Shown: positions 26,229 to 37,999, counted from the stretch's first letter. The stretch is 64,000 nt of DNA from Terriglobia bacterium (GCA_035315065.1 DATFYM010000002.1:5949-69948); one strand, 5' to 3'. Notes: generated by a model not told the origin, from the sequence alone. Numbers and translations: made by a program.

Positions 26229-26378
26229 GTAGACAGTAGACGGTAGACTGTAGACGGGGAAGACGGAGCGTCGCGGGTTGGCTCCTTGCCTTTTGTCTAA
26301 CTGTCCCTCTGCCAGGGTGCGCAACTTGTGGCGGGCGTACCGTCTTCCCCGTCTACGGTCTACTGTCTACTGTCTACC
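26229..26378. repeat. Word-periodic palindrome, GTAGAC class
   Basis: GGTAGACAGTAGACGGTAGACTGTAGACGGGGAAGACGG / CCGTCTTCCCCGTCTACGGTCTACTGTCTACTGTCTACC. Loop is ~72 nt. Confidence 0.9.
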
Positions 26379-26381
26379 AAT

Positions 26382-27779
26382 ATGGACACGATCAAGTTCG
26401 GTACCGATGGATGGCGAGGCGTCATCGCTGACGACTTCACGTTTGCCAACATTGAGCGCGTGGCGGCGGCGATGGCGGCCTACGTCAAGACGGAGGGTGA
26501 GCCGGAGCGTGGCCTCATTGTCGGTTACGACACCAGGTTCCTCTCCGCAGAGGCCGCCGACTTGGTGGCGCAGGTGGTGGCAGGAGCCGGAATTCAGGTG
26601 ACGCTCGCCGACCGACCCACGCCGACACCCGCCGTCAGCTATGCGGTGGTGGCGCGGAAAGCTGCGGGCGGCATCATGGTGACGGCCAGTCACAATCCCT
26701 ACAAGTGGAATGGCATCAAGTTCAAGGCATCCTACGGCGGATCGGCAGCGCCCTCCATCATGCGCCGCATCGAGGAACACCTCGACCAGTCCGAGCCGGG
26801 CCGGACAAAGCGCGGCATTTCCGTCGACGATCTCGTCACCCCGTATCTCGCGCGTCTCCGTGAGTTGGTCCACCTCGATCGCGTCGCGTCCTCGGGCCGC
26901 CGCCTGGTGATCGACCCCATGTACGGCGCCGGACGCGGGGTCATCGCCCGGCTCTTCCAGCCGGCGGGCGTTCCGTTCTGTGAGATTCACGGCGAGCACA
27001 ACCCCCTTTTCCCGGGACTGAATCCCGAGCCCATCGAGCCGCATGTGAAAGAATTGCGCCGGGTGGTTACTAGTGGGGGCTATGATGCTGGTCTGGCGAC
27101 CGATGGCGACGCGGACCGCGTCGGCGCCATCGACCGCGCCGGCGGCTTCATTGATTCGCACAAGATTTTTTGCATTCTGCTCAAGCACCTCGTGGAAGAC
27201 CTGGGACTGGGCGGCGAAGTGGTGAAAACCTTCTCCACCACCCGGATGGTGGACAAGATGGCCGCCAAGTACGGCCTGCCGGTCCATCTGACGCCTATCG
27301 GCTTCAAGTACATCTGCGAGCTCATGCTCACCCACGACGTTTTGATCGGCGGCGAGGAGAGCGGTGGCATCGGGATCAAGGGGCACTTGCCCGAGCGCGA
27401 CGGATTGCTGAACTCCCTGCTTTTGGCCGAGGTGATGGCGGATCGAGGCAAGACGCTGGGCGAACTGGTGGGGGAGCTGAGCGCGGAGTTCGGGCCGCAC
27501 GAGTATGGCCGCATCGACCTTGAGGTCCGGCACGAGGCCATGGCCCGTCTGCTGGCGCGCGTGAGGCATCACACGTTCAAGCAGGTGGCGGGATCGCTGA
27601 TTACCAGCACCGAGAGTCTGGATGGATTCAAGATGAGCTTCGGCGACGACGCGTGGCTGCTGGTGCGGCCCTCGGGAACGGAGAACATGCTGCGGCTGTA
27701 CGCCGAGGCACCGACGCGGGAGCAAGTGAACGCGCTGCTGGAGGAGATGTCGGCGCTTGCACACGATTGCGAAGGGTGA
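26382..27779 (+). CDS. Phosphoglucomutase/phosphomannomutase
   Basis: TASHNPYKWNGIKF (active-site Ser), ATDGDADR, GEESGG. Start trimmed to MDTIKFGTDGWRG. Confidence 0.9.
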   Translation: MDTIKFGTDGWRGVIADDFTFANIERVAAAMAAYVKTEGEPERGLIVGYDTRFLSAEAADLVAQVVAGAGIQVTLADRPTPTPAVSYAVVARKAAGGIMVTASHNPYKWNGIKFKASYGGSAAPSIMRRIEEHLDQSEPGRTKRGISVDDLVTPYLARLRELVHLDRVASSGRRLVIDPMYGAGRGVIARLFQPAGVPFCEIHGEHNPLFPGLNPEPIEPHVKELRRVVTSGGYDAGLATDGDADRVGAIDRAGGFIDSHKIFCILLKHLVEDLGLGGEVVKTFSTTRMVDKMAAKYGLPVHLTPIGFKYICELMLTHDVLIGGEESGGIGIKGHLPERDGLLNSLLLAEVMADRGKTLGELVGELSAEFGPHEYGRIDLEVRHEAMARLLARVRHHTFKQVAGSLITSTESLDGFKMSFGDDAWLLVRPSGTENMLRLYAEAPTREQVNALLEEMSALAHDCEG

Positions 27780-27789
27780 TCAAGAGACA

Positions 27790-27988
27790 GAATCCACAGA
27801 TTACGCAGATTTCACGGATTACAAAAAGAGGAGTCAGGAGACAGGAGTCAGGAGTCAGCATGAAAGACCCATCTTCGTTCTCTTTCCTGTTACCTATCCC
27901 ATCTTCGTTCTCTTTCCCGTCTTAAGTTTGTCTCTTGTCTCCTGACTCCCTTTTTGTAATCCGTGGAATCTGCGTAATCTGTCGATTC
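27790..27988. repeat. Composite two-class palindrome (CACAGATTACGCAGAT plus AGTCAGGAG words) with a 20-nt direct repeat in the loop
   Basis: About 69-nt left arm and ~59-nt right arm. The loop carries CCCATCTTCGTTCTCTTTCC twice (27868, 27898). Confidence 0.9.
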
Positions 27989-28409
27989 ACTCTTCTTGTT
28001 TCGCTACGGCCAGGCTCTTCCGGATGCCGTCGAGAACGCCGTTGACAAACTCCACCGACTCGTCGCCCGAAAACCGTCGCGCGATTTCGAGCGCTTCGTC
28101 GATAACCACGGCCGGCGGCGTTTCCGGGTGGTGCAACAGTTCGTACAGGGCCAGGCGCAGCAGGTTGCGGTCCACGGCGGCCATCCGCTCCAGGCGCCAG
28201 TTCGCGGCCTGGTCGCCGATCAAACGATCGAGCGACGGGATATCGGCCAGGGTCCCCTCAAACAGCTCCCGAGCGAAAGATAGCACTTCGGGATCGGCCT
28301 TTTGGGCGCGGAGGAAAGTGGAAAGGACGTGCTCCGGCGTGTGCTTTCCCAGTTCGCACTGGAAGAGCATTTGCAACGCGAGTTCCCGAGATTTTCGACG
28401 AGAAGCCAT
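27987..28409 (-). CDS. nusB: Transcription antitermination factor NusB
   Basis: MASRRKSRELALQMLFQ start. About 140 aa. The upstream 51 codons of the tracked ORF are a palindrome arm. Confidence 0.85.
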   Translation of the reverse strand: MASRRKSRELALQMLFQCELGKHTPEHVLSTFLRAQKADPEVLSFARELFEGTLADIPSLDRLIGDQAANWRLERMAAVDRNLLRLALYELLHHPETPPAVVIDEALEIARRFSGDESVEFVNGVLDGIRKSLAVAKQEE

Positions 28410-28411
28410 AG

Positions 28412-28557
28412 GAAGAAAGTCGAGAGTCGAAAGTCGAAAGTTCAAAGTCGAAAACAGCGAACGGTTTTCTTGTCCGTGAACGACGAATGATTGAACGGAA
28501 GTCGAGAGAGGGAGGTTCGCAACTTTCGACTTTCGACTCTCAACTTTCGACTTCTTC
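28412..28557. repeat. Word-periodic palindrome, AGTCGAAAG class
   Basis: GAAGAAAGTCGAGAGTCGAAAGTCGAAAGTTCAAAGTCGAAAAC / GCAACTTTCGACTTTCGACTCTCAACTTTCGACTTCTTC. Fills the crotonase-nusB gap exactly. Confidence 0.9.
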
Positions 28558-28558
28558 G

Positions 28559-29341
28559 TCACTTGCCAACAAACTTCGCCGGCCGTTTTTCCAAGAATGC
28601 GCGCGTGCCTTCCTTCATATCCGCCGTCGTGCAGCAGAGGCCGAACAGGGTAGCTTCCAGAAACTCGCCCTCTTCCTGGGTCATCTCCATTCCGTGGTTG
28701 ATGGCTTCCATAGAGAATCTCACCGCTAGCGGGCCGTTCGCCATGATCTTCCGTGCCAGAGCTTCGGCGGTGGCGATCAGGTCTTTCTGCGGCACCACTT
28801 GGTTCACCAACCCGATTCGATAAGCCTCCTGAGCGTTAATCGGCTCCCCGCTCAGGATCAGTTCCATGGCGCGGCATTTGCCGACCAGGCGGGAAAGGCG
28901 CTGCGTGCCGGCGTAGCCGGGGATGATGCCCAGCTTCACTTCCGGCTGACCCAGCCGCGCGTTGTCGCTCGCGATTCGCAGCGTACACGCCATGGCAAGC
29001 TCGCAGCCGCCGCCCAGCGCGTAGCCGTTGATGGCGGCGATCACCGGTTTGCCGAGGTTCTCGATCAAGTCAAGCACTCGCTGGCCGCGCGTCGAAGTTT
29101 CCTTGCCCTCCACCGGCGTCTGCACCGCCAGTTCGTTAATGTCGGCGCCGGCGACGAAGGCCTTTTCTCCTGATCCGGTCAGGATCACCGCGCGTACTTC
29201 GTCGTCCTTCTGAATATCTTCGAAGCAGGCACGCAGGTCCTGCATGACTTTGTGGTTGAGAGCGTTCAGTTTCTCGGGCCGATTCACCGTCACGGCGCCG
29301 ATCCCGTCACGTTTCTCGTAGAGCAAAGTTTCGAAGGACAT
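28559..29341 (-). CDS. Enoyl-CoA hydratase (crotonase family)
   Basis: AFVAGADINEL and AAINGYALGGGCELAMAC. Start trimmed to MSFETLLYEKRDGIG. Confidence 0.85.
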   Translation of the reverse strand: MSFETLLYEKRDGIGAVTVNRPEKLNALNHKVMQDLRACFEDIQKDDEVRAVILTGSGEKAFVAGADINELAVQTPVEGKETSTRGQRVLDLIENLGKPVIAAINGYALGGGCELAMACTLRIASDNARLGQPEVKLGIIPGYAGTQRLSRLVGKCRAMELILSGEPINAQEAYRIGLVNQVVPQKDLIATAEALARKIMANGPLAVRFSMEAINHGMEMTQEEGEFLEATLFGLCCTTADMKEGTRAFLEKRPAKFVGK

Positions 29342-29390
29342 GTTGGACTCCTCGGGACAGACACTGGTCGGGTGCACAGCATAAGAGTGG

Positions 29391-29500
29391 GAAGAATCCA
29401 CAGATTACGCAGATTACACAGAAGCAGGACACGATCTCTCGCTGGAATACGGCCGTTCCCGTCTTCTAATCCGTGCAATCTGCGAAATCTGTGGATTGTC
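29391..29500. repeat. Word-periodic palindrome, AATCCACAGATTACGCAGAT class
   Basis: GAAGAATCCACAGATTACGCAGATTACACAGAAG / CTTCTAATCCGTGCAATCTGCGAAATCTGTGGATTGTC. Confidence 0.9.
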
Positions 29501-29534
29501 CTCTCTTCTGTCGCGCACCCGCGCTGGTCTTACT

Positions 29535-30425
29535 TCACCTTTCCAGCATCCGGTTGGGCTTCGGATTCTTGGGCTCAGCGTAATCGTAGAAGCCCTTGCC
29601 GCTCTTTCGGCCGTACATGCCGGCTGTCACCATTCGCTTCAGCAGCGGTGGCGGCGCGAAGCGCGTTTCGCGATACTCGTTGAACAGGATCTCGGCAATG
29701 TAGTACGTCGTTTCAATACCGACGAAATCGAGCAGAGTCAGCGGTCCCATCGGGTGATTGCAGCCAAGCTTCATGGCGTTGTCGATGTCCTCGATGGTGC
29801 CGAAGCCTTCCTCGAGGGCGCGAACCGCGTCGAGCAAGTACGGGACCAGCAGCCGGTTGACGATGAAGCCGGCGCGGTCGGAGGTGAGGATGGGGGTCTT
29901 CCCAACTTGGCGCGCGTAAGCGAGTGCTGTCGCGATGACCGCGGGGTCCGTGACTACGGTCTTCACTACTTCCACCAGCGTCATCAGCGGCACGGGGTTG
30001 AAAAAGTGCATGCCGATGAACTGCGGCCCGCGCTTGGTGGCGGTCATCATTTCGGTAATCGAAAGCGACGAAGTGTTGCTGGCGAAGGTGGCCTCGGGCT
30101 TCACGATCTTGTCGAGCGCGCCGTAAAGCTCGCGCTTCTGGCCGAGGTTCTCGATGATGGCTTCGATCACCAGGTCACAATCGGCAAAGTCCGCCAGTTC
30201 CGTCGTCGGCTTCAAGCGGCCGAGGGTCGCGGCTCTCTGGTCCGCGGTGATGGTTCCTTTGTCGACAAACTTGGCCAGGGATCTCTCGATGAACGACATT
30301 CCTTTACCCAGCAACTCGGGCGTCACTTCCCGCACTACGGTGGGAAAGCCTGCCATGGCGGCTACCTGGGCGATCCCTGAGCCCATCAGACCGCACCCCA
30401 CCACGCCTACGTGACGAATCGCCAT
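29535..30425 (-). CDS. 3-hydroxyacyl/3-hydroxybutyryl-CoA dehydrogenase
   Basis: VGVVGCGLMGSGIAQV Rossmann motif. GMHFFNPVPLM. Confidence 0.9.
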   Translation of the reverse strand: MAIRHVGVVGCGLMGSGIAQVAAMAGFPTVVREVTPELLGKGMSFIERSLAKFVDKGTITADQRAATLGRLKPTTELADFADCDLVIEAIIENLGQKRELYGALDKIVKPEATFASNTSSLSITEMMTATKRGPQFIGMHFFNPVPLMTLVEVVKTVVTDPAVIATALAYARQVGKTPILTSDRAGFIVNRLLVPYLLDAVRALEEGFGTIEDIDNAMKLGCNHPMGPLTLLDFVGIETTYYIAEILFNEYRETRFAPPPLLKRMVTAGMYGRKSGKGFYDYAEPKNPKPNRMLER

Positions 30426-30478
30426 ACCTTGGACTCCTTATTCTCAAACTGAGGAATGCAGTGGTTTGAAATCGTCCC

Positions 30479-30573
30479 CGGCATGTCATTCTGAGCGAAG
30501 CGAAGAATCTCTCTTTCCATTTTGAAATGAAGACGAAGAGCGATTCGTCGCTTTGCTCAGAATGACATGCGGG
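30479..30573. repeat. Palindrome GTCATTCTGAGCGAAGCGAAGAATC / GATTCGTCGCTTTGCTCAGAATGAC
   Basis: Read directly upstream of lepA. Confidence 0.85.
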
Positions 30574-30666
30574 CGAAACTTGGGCGGTACCGAATCGCCG
30601 CTCAAATTGACAGCATACGCGGGTTTTGTTAGATTTTCAAAGGTAATGAAGAGGTCGTCATTTGGC

Positions 30667-30780
30667 CTGGGAGCGCGGGCGTCCCGCCCGCTCTTGCCCG
30701 CAGCTTCCAGTAACGCCATTAAGAATGAAGTAGGTCTCCGACGGCGGAAAACAAGAGCGGGCGGGACGCCCGCGCTCCAG
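30667..30780. repeat. Palindrome CTGGGAGCGCGGGCGTCCCGCCCGCTCTTG / CAAGAGCGGGCGGGACGCCCGCGCTCCAG
   Basis: About 29-nt near-perfect arms with a ~55-nt loop, just upstream of the lepA start. Confidence 0.85.
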
Positions 30781-30806
30781 TCCTTCCGAGCTCCTGTGCA
30801 GACAAC

Positions 30807-32609
<1,803 letters not shown>

Positions 32610-32633
32610 GCCGGATAGCAAGGTGGCGAAATC

Positions 32634-33623
32634 ATGGACGATCCGAATCTTCAAACGCCGGTGACGCCCGGTGAAAGCGCTGCGGCGCCAGTTGATGCTG
32701 ACCGTGGCGGGCCCGTTCCCAGCCCTGGGCGTTCCGGGATCGAGGTGATCTTTCTAGGACCCAACGGCATTCGCGCCGGTTGGCGGCTGCTAATCTATTT
32801 CATCATCGCCGTTGTCGTTGGCGTCGTCTTGAGTCTCACAGCTAGACTGCTTGGGGTTCGGCCCACCAAAGGGTTCAGCCCAAGTATAGCGATCCTCGGC
32901 GAAGGTCTGCCTTTCTGTGCTCTGCTCACGGCGGCGGCGGTGATGGCTCGCATCGAGCGGCGCTCATTTGCTGACTACGCCTTGCCCGGACGAGGCGCAT
33001 TTGGAGCCAGGTTCTGGCAGGGAGTTGCGTGGGGCTTCGTTGCCCTTACCGCCCTGCTTCTCCTGATCCGCGCCGACCACGGATTCTCGTTCGGAAGTAT
33101 GGCCTTGCACGGACGACCGCTCGCTTACTACGCCGTCCTCTGGGGCGTAGCGTTCTTACTGGTCGGTTTCTTCGAGGAGTTCTTGTTTCGTGGTTACGCG
33201 CTCTATACCCTCACCACCGGCATGGGTTTCTGGCCGTCAGCGCTTTTGCTCTCGGCAGCATTTGGCGCGGTACACCTTGGCAATGCGGGCGAATCGTGGA
33301 TCGGTGGCGCGGCCGCTGGCCTCATCGGACTCTTCTTCTGTTTCACGGTGCGGCGCACCGGCAGCCTGTGGTTTGCCATCGGGCTGCACGCCATGTGGGA
33401 CTACTCGGAGAGCTTCATTTACTCGGTGCCTGATAGCGGAGCTATGGTCACCGGCCACCTCCTCAATTCTTCCTTCCACGGCCCCGTCTGGCTCACCGGC
33501 GGCTCGGTGGGACCGGAAGGAAGCTGGCTGGTGTTTGCGGTCATCGCCGCGATGTTCGTTGCCTTCGATCGATTGTACCGCAACGTGAAATTTCCGTTGC
33601 CATCGCCCCAAGGCCTAAAATGA
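32634..33623 (+). CDS. CPBP family intramembrane glutamic endopeptidase (CAAX protease-like)
   Basis: EEFLFRGY and GLHAMWD motifs in a polytopic membrane protein. Confidence 0.8.
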   Translation: MDDPNLQTPVTPGESAAAPVDADRGGPVPSPGRSGIEVIFLGPNGIRAGWRLLIYFIIAVVVGVVLSLTARLLGVRPTKGFSPSIAILGEGLPFCALLTAAAVMARIERRSFADYALPGRGAFGARFWQGVAWGFVALTALLLLIRADHGFSFGSMALHGRPLAYYAVLWGVAFLLVGFFEEFLFRGYALYTLTTGMGFWPSALLLSAAFGAVHLGNAGESWIGGAAAGLIGLFFCFTVRRTGSLWFAIGLHAMWDYSESFIYSVPDSGAMVTGHLLNSSFHGPVWLTGGSVGPEGSWLVFAVIAAMFVAFDRLYRNVKFPLPSPQGLK

Positions 33624-33706
33624 AGCTCCTTCTTGCAACGCACGACTGACAACCGACGACGGACGTAGAAATTCCGTCGAGGTACAGAATCGCCTGGGGG
33701 TAGGTC

Positions 33707-34189
33707 ATGGAACTTAAAATCATTACCATCCAAAAACCCGCCGACATGAATTTCATTCTTGGCCAGTCACACTTCATCAAGACAGTCGAGGACCTCTACG
33801 AGGCCATCGTCCAGACGGTGCCCGGCATGAAGTTCGGCATCGGCTTCTGCGAATCGTCGGGACCGGGGCTGGTCCGGTATGCCGGCAACGACGCCCGGCT
33901 TATCGAGTTGGCGCAGCGGAACGCCCTGGCGCTTTCCTGTGGCCACTCGTTCATCGTCTTCATGGAGGGTGGATTTCCCATCAACATTCTGAACACCATC
34001 AAGAACGTGCCCGAGGTCTGCCGGGTGTTTTGCGCGACGGCCAACCCCGTGGAAGTGATCGTGGCCGAGACCGAGCAGGGCCGGGGAATTCTGGGCGTGA
34101 TCGACGGTGTGAAGACGAAAGGGATCGAGACCGAGGCCGATATCAAGGTCCGCAAGGAATTCTTGCGCAAGATCGGGTATAAACTGTAA
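33707..34189 (+). CDS. Adenosine-specific kinase family protein
   Basis: Full-length resemblance to the small conserved family ([53 protein letters not shown]). Recalled, not searched. Confidence 0.7.
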   Translation: MELKIITIQKPADMNFILGQSHFIKTVEDLYEAIVQTVPGMKFGIGFCESSGPGLVRYAGNDARLIELAQRNALALSCGHSFIVFMEGGFPINILNTIKNVPEVCRVFCATANPVEVIVAETEQGRGILGVIDGVKTKGIETEADIKVRKEFLRKIGYKL

Positions 34190-34201
34190 AAAACTGTAAC
34201 T

Positions 34202-34317
34202 AAAATCAGAAGTCAGAAATTAGAAAGCAGAAATCAGAACGAAGACCGTCTTCTTTCTGATTTCTACTTTCTGATTTCTGATTTGACTTCTGATTCTACT
34301 TTCTGGTTTCTGATTCG
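34202..34317. repeat. Word-periodic palindrome, ATCAGAAG/AGTCAGAA class
   Basis: AAAATCAGAAGTCAGAAATTAGAAAGCAGAAATCAGAACGAAGAC / GTCTTCTTTCTGATTTCTACTTTCTGATTTCTGATTTGACTTCTGATT. Confidence 0.9.
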
Positions 34318-34319
34318 TT

Positions 34320-34883
34320 ATGGTCCTGATCATCGACAACTACGATTCGTTTACCTACAACCTGGTTCAGTACCTGGGCGAGTTGGGCGCATCGATCGAG
34401 GTGCGGCGCAACGACCAGGTGACGGTCGACGAAATCGAGCGCATGGCGCCGGAGCGCATCGTGATCTCGCCCGGCCCCAAGACCCCGAGCGACGCGGGTA
34501 TCTGCCTCGATGTAATCCAAAGGCTCTCCGGACAAGTTCCCATCCTCGGTGTTTGTCTCGGCCACCAGGCGATTGGCCAGGCCTTCGGCGGCAAGGTGGT
34601 GCGCGCGCCCGAGATCATGCACGGCAAAACCAGCCAGATCGCGCACGACGGCAAGACTGTCTTTTCCGGGTTGCCCAACCCTTTCCCGGCCACACGCTAC
34701 CATTCCTTGATCGTCGAGCGCACCCGCCTGCCCGATTGCCTGGAGATCTCCGCCACCTCGCCGGACGGCCTCATCATGGGACTGCGCCACAAACAAATGA
34801 AGGTGGAAGGCGTGCAATTCCATCCCGAGAGCGTGCTCACCGGCGCGGGAAAAGAGTTGCTGGCGAACTTCTTGAGGCTATGA
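34320..34883 (+). CDS. Anthranilate/aminodeoxychorismate synthase glutamine amidotransferase component II
   Basis: [12 protein letters not shown] (catalytic Cys) and GVQFHPES. 187 aa. Confidence 0.9.
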   Translation: MVLIIDNYDSFTYNLVQYLGELGASIEVRRNDQVTVDEIERMAPERIVISPGPKTPSDAGICLDVIQRLSGQVPILGVCLGHQAIGQAFGGKVVRAPEIMHGKTSQIAHDGKTVFSGLPNPFPATRYHSLIVERTRLPDCLEISATSPDGLIMGLRHKQMKVEGVQFHPESVLTGAGKELLANFLRL

Positions 34884-34895
34884 TGGGAAAGTTCG

Positions 34896-34984
34896 CACCA
34901 GTCAGCGATCAGCAATCAGTAAGAAGGACGGGTTCGATAAAAGGCGGCCTGCTGATGGCTGAGGGCTGACGGCTGATTCCTTCC
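34896..34984. repeat. Word-periodic palindrome, ATCAGC class, between convergent genes
   Basis: CACCAGTCAGCGATCAGCAATCAGTAAGAAGG / CCTGCTGATGGCTGAGGGCTGACGGCTGATTCCTTCC. Confidence 0.8.
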
Positions 34985-35008
34985 ATAAGCAATCGGCAGG
35001 ACAGCGCG

Positions 35009-35428
35009 TCAGTCTTGGCCGATGGCCAGCACGAAGTACTGCGCCGGGCCGGTTCCCAGGTTGCGAACGCCATGTTCGTCGTTCGAGGAGACGAACGCCA
35101 CCGAGCCCGGGCCGAGGCGCGAAGACCTACCGGCGATGGTCACCTCCAGCGCCCCTTCGCGTACAAAGAACATCTCTTCATGCATGTGGTGGTGGGGCGG
35201 GTGCGGTATCGCTCCGGGTGCCAGGCTGGTCTCGTGCAGCTCGATGTGGCAGCCAGCGTGGGTCATGCCGTCGAGAACGGCACGGAAGGCGTTACCGCCC
35301 GATGTTCGCACGGGGAGTTCCTCGAAGCGATACGCCTTCGAGATCAAGCTCGGACCTTCGGCTGCATGGCCCGTCGCAGCCACCAAAGCCGGCACTAACA
35401 AACATGCATCGCGGCGCGATATTTCCAT
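35009..35428 (-). CDS. Cupin domain protein with signal-like N-terminus
   Basis: HPPHHHMHEEMFFVREG cupin motif. MEISRRDACLLVPALVAATGHAAEG leader. Start trimmed to the ATG at 35428. Confidence 0.7.
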   Translation of the reverse strand: MEISRRDACLLVPALVAATGHAAEGPSLISKAYRFEELPVRTSGGNAFRAVLDGMTHAGCHIELHETSLAPGAIPHPPHHHMHEEMFFVREGALEVTIAGRSSRLGPGSVAFVSSNDEHGVRNLGTGPAQYFVLAIGQD

Positions 35429-35513
35429 GGAGCCTCCCGATGAGAAGCAGTGCGGCCGCTGTGGAATGCCCTCCAACAGAAAGGCAACAGGAGTTAGGGA
35501 CTAGCCTTAGCCC

Positions 35514-36026
35514 CTAGCCCTTACTTGAGTCAGCAATCGAAACAACAAGTGCGACGGCGTCGGCGCGAACGGCCTCACCGTGCCCGACTGCGTCCATGCC
35601 TTCGCCAGTCTTAGCCTTAACGCTCACCTGGTCGGGTCGAATTCCCAAGGCTGCCGCGAGCTTTTCTTGCATCTGCGGAATGTAAGGCGCGAGCTTGGGT
35701 CGCTCGATTCCTACCGTGGAATCGATATTGACGATGGCATAGCCGGCGGCGGCGAGAAGCTTCGCCACCTCGCGCAGGAACCGGAGGCTCGAGGCATCCC
35801 GCCACTTCGGCGACCGGTTGGGAAAGTGCCGGCCGATGTCGCCCATCCCGGCGGCGCCGAGCAGAGCGTCACAGATAGCATGCGCCAGCGCGTCGCCATC
35901 CGAATGCCCCTCGGGGCCTTTTTCGAACCGAATGTCGACGCCGCCTAAGATCAGCTTCCGGCCAGCGACGAGGCGATGTACGTCGTTGCCGGAACCGATT
36001 CGGTATGCGCCCTGCGTTGGTTTCAT
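35514..36026 (-). CDS. ispF: 2-C-methyl-D-erythritol 2,4-cyclodiphosphate synthase
   Basis: IGSGNDVHRL and HSDGDALAHAICDALLGA. Confidence 0.95.
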   Translation of the reverse strand: MKPTQGAYRIGSGNDVHRLVAGRKLILGGVDIRFEKGPEGHSDGDALAHAICDALLGAAGMGDIGRHFPNRSPKWRDASSLRFLREVAKLLAAAGYAIVNIDSTVGIERPKLAPYIPQMQEKLAAALGIRPDQVSVKAKTGEGMDAVGHGEAVRADAVALVVSIADSSKG

Positions 36027-36736
36027 GCGGGCAAGTGACCAGTCGCCTTTTCTGCTCGCTCCTGCGCGATGTAGAGCCTCGCCAGCGGAAGGTCCGTGGG
36101 CTTGGTGATTTTGATGTTGCGGTCGGAGCCCATCAACACCGTCACTTGGTGTCCCAGCCTCTCTACCAGGCTCGACTCATCGGTTCCATTGAAGCCATCC
36201 TCGACGGCGCGGTTGATAGCTTCGCGGAGCAGGTCCGCGCGAAACGCCTGCGGGGTCTGCGCCAGAACGATGCGCTCGCGCGGCAGCGTGCCCAGAATGG
36301 TGCGCTGCTGCACCTGCTTAACGGTATCCACGCTGGGGACGCCCAGAATCACCGCGCCCTGGCTGCGGGCCGCTTCCACCACCCGGCGGATGATATCTAC
36401 GTCCACGAAAGGCCGCACGGCGTCGTGGACCACCACCACTTCCGTGGCCGGCGGCGCCTGAGCCAAAGCACGCGCCACCGTTTCCTGTCGCGTCGCGCCG
36501 CCCGTCACCAGGCGCACCGTCTTGCCGAACCCCTCGCGGTCGATATCGCTTTGAGCGCGCTCCCGGTCCTCGTCGCGGAGCGCCAGCAGAACCTCGTCGA
36601 TCACGTCGCACGCCGCAAACTTGCGCAACGTGTAGATAAAGATCGGCACGCCCTCCAGGGAGAGAAACTGCTTGGGGGTGTCGGTCCCCATCCGGACACC
36701 CAGGCCGGCGGCGGGAATGATGGCAAGCACACTCAT
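36023..36736 (-). CDS. ispD: 2-C-methyl-D-erythritol 4-phosphate cytidylyltransferase
   Basis: AIIPAAGLGVRMG and VVVHDAVRPF. 4-nt overlap with ispF. Confidence 0.9.
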   Translation of the reverse strand: MSVLAIIPAAGLGVRMGTDTPKQFLSLEGVPIFIYTLRKFAACDVIDEVLLALRDEDRERAQSDIDREGFGKTVRLVTGGATRQETVARALAQAPPATEVVVVHDAVRPFVDVDIIRRVVEAARSQGAVILGVPSVDTVKQVQQRTILGTLPRERIVLAQTPQAFRADLLREAINRAVEDGFNGTDESSLVERLGHQVTVLMGSDRNIKITKPTDLPLARLYIAQERAEKATGHLPA

Positions 36737-36737
36737 T

Positions 36738-36877
36738 TTATTGGTTCATTGATCCATTGGTTCATTGCGCCATGGAAGGAACTGAGTCATTGAGCACTTG
36801 GTCGTTGAACGCACCCAGGTGACTTGGGGAGCGCTCTTTCCAATGGCCCAATGACTCAATGGCTCAATGACTCAATT
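36738..36877. repeat. Word-periodic palindrome, CATTGAG/CATTGG class
   Basis: TTATTGGTTCATTGATCCATTGGTTCATTGCGCCATGG ... CCAATGGCCCAATGACTCAATGGCTCAATGACTCAAT. Confidence 0.8.
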
Positions 36878-36880
36878 CTT

Positions 36881-37909
36881 CTACACCTTGCCGACCGGCT
36901 CTGCTGCGTCGACACGCGACCGGTCGTCGAACTTGCCAAAGATCATCCTGCCGGCCGTAGTTTGCAGGACGCTGGTGACGGCGATGTCTATGGTCTTGGA
37001 GATCATCTTGCGAGCGTTATCCACCACCACCATGGTACCGTCGTCAAGGTAAGCCACGCCCTGGTTGTATTCCTTGCCTTCCTTGAGGATAAACACGCGC
37101 ATGGCCTCGCCCGGAAGCACAGCGGGCTTCAAGGCGTTAGCCAGCTCGTTTACATTGAGCACCGGGACGCCCTGGAGTTGCGCCACCTTGTTCAGGTTGA
37201 AGTCGTTGGTGACGATCTTGCCCTCGTACACCTTGGCCAGCTCGATCAGCTTCAGATCGACGGCGCGCACCTGAGGGAAGTCGTCCTCCACGATCTGCAC
37301 TTTAGGGCCCGTCATCTTCTGTATGCGCTGCAGGATGTCGAGCCCCCGGCGCCCGCGGTTGCGCTTGAGTGAGTCCGACGAATCGGCAATGAGCTGCAGC
37401 TCGCGCAGGACGAACTGGGGGATCACCAGTACTCCCTCTACGAAGCCGGTTTCGCAGACATCGGCGATGCGACCGTCGATGATGACGCTGGTATCCAGGA
37501 TCTTATACGGGTTTTTCTGCTGCCGTTCGCCCGTGAACAGACCGCCCAGCGCCGCCAGGTTTAACATCTCGCCCTTATTGGCCCCCAGGGTCAAACCGAC
37601 GTAGGCCATGAAGATGAGCAAGCTCACATGGAAAAAGGACAGTGAGGCGCGGTCGATAGACGTGAAGTTGAGCAGGTGGCTGATCATCAGTGCGCCCAGA
37701 ATACCGAGAATCGAACCGACGGCGGCGCCAATCAGCCGCTTGAGGCTCGTCTTCTCCAGGCGCAGTTCGAACATAACGAAGAGAATGCCCACGGCCGTCC
37801 CCAACAGCGCGGAGTATAAATGCGAAAGCTGGAAAGGCCGGAGGTGGTAGGAAGCGGTCGCAAGAATAACAACGACGAGCAGTCTTACGATGATGAATTC
37901 CCACGACAT
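36881..37909 (-). CDS. PIN/TRAM domain membrane protein (YacL-like)
   Basis: Four N-terminal TM helices, PIN block ILDTSVIIDGRIADV, C-terminal TRAM-like region. Confidence 0.8.
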   Translation of the reverse strand: MSWEFIIVRLLVVVILATASYHLRPFQLSHLYSALLGTAVGILFVMFELRLEKTSLKRLIGAAVGSILGILGALMISHLLNFTSIDRASLSFFHVSLLIFMAYVGLTLGANKGEMLNLAALGGLFTGERQQKNPYKILDTSVIIDGRIADVCETGFVEGVLVIPQFVLRELQLIADSSDSLKRNRGRRGLDILQRIQKMTGPKVQIVEDDFPQVRAVDLKLIELAKVYEGKIVTNDFNLNKVAQLQGVPVLNVNELANALKPAVLPGEAMRVFILKEGKEYNQGVAYLDDGTMVVVDNARKMISKTIDIAVTSVLQTTAGRMIFGKFDDRSRVDAAEPVGKV

Positions 37910-37999
37910 TGACGATCGACCTTCTTTCCGGGGTGTGGCTACCTCGCATGAACCCCCCTCGGGGCTGACTGAGCCTCCGTTGGGCTGAGTATAACACCG

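Noticed and set aside
26367-27764. Long antisense ORFs mirroring real genes (this one, plus 46982..48676, 58259..59764, 62359..63471, 62580..63935, 18059..19012, 22513..23352, 31080..31856)
   Set aside because: They are typical high-GC shadow ORFs. They are Arg/Gly/His-rich with no recognisable motifs, and each fully overlaps a gene with strong family signatures on the other strand.
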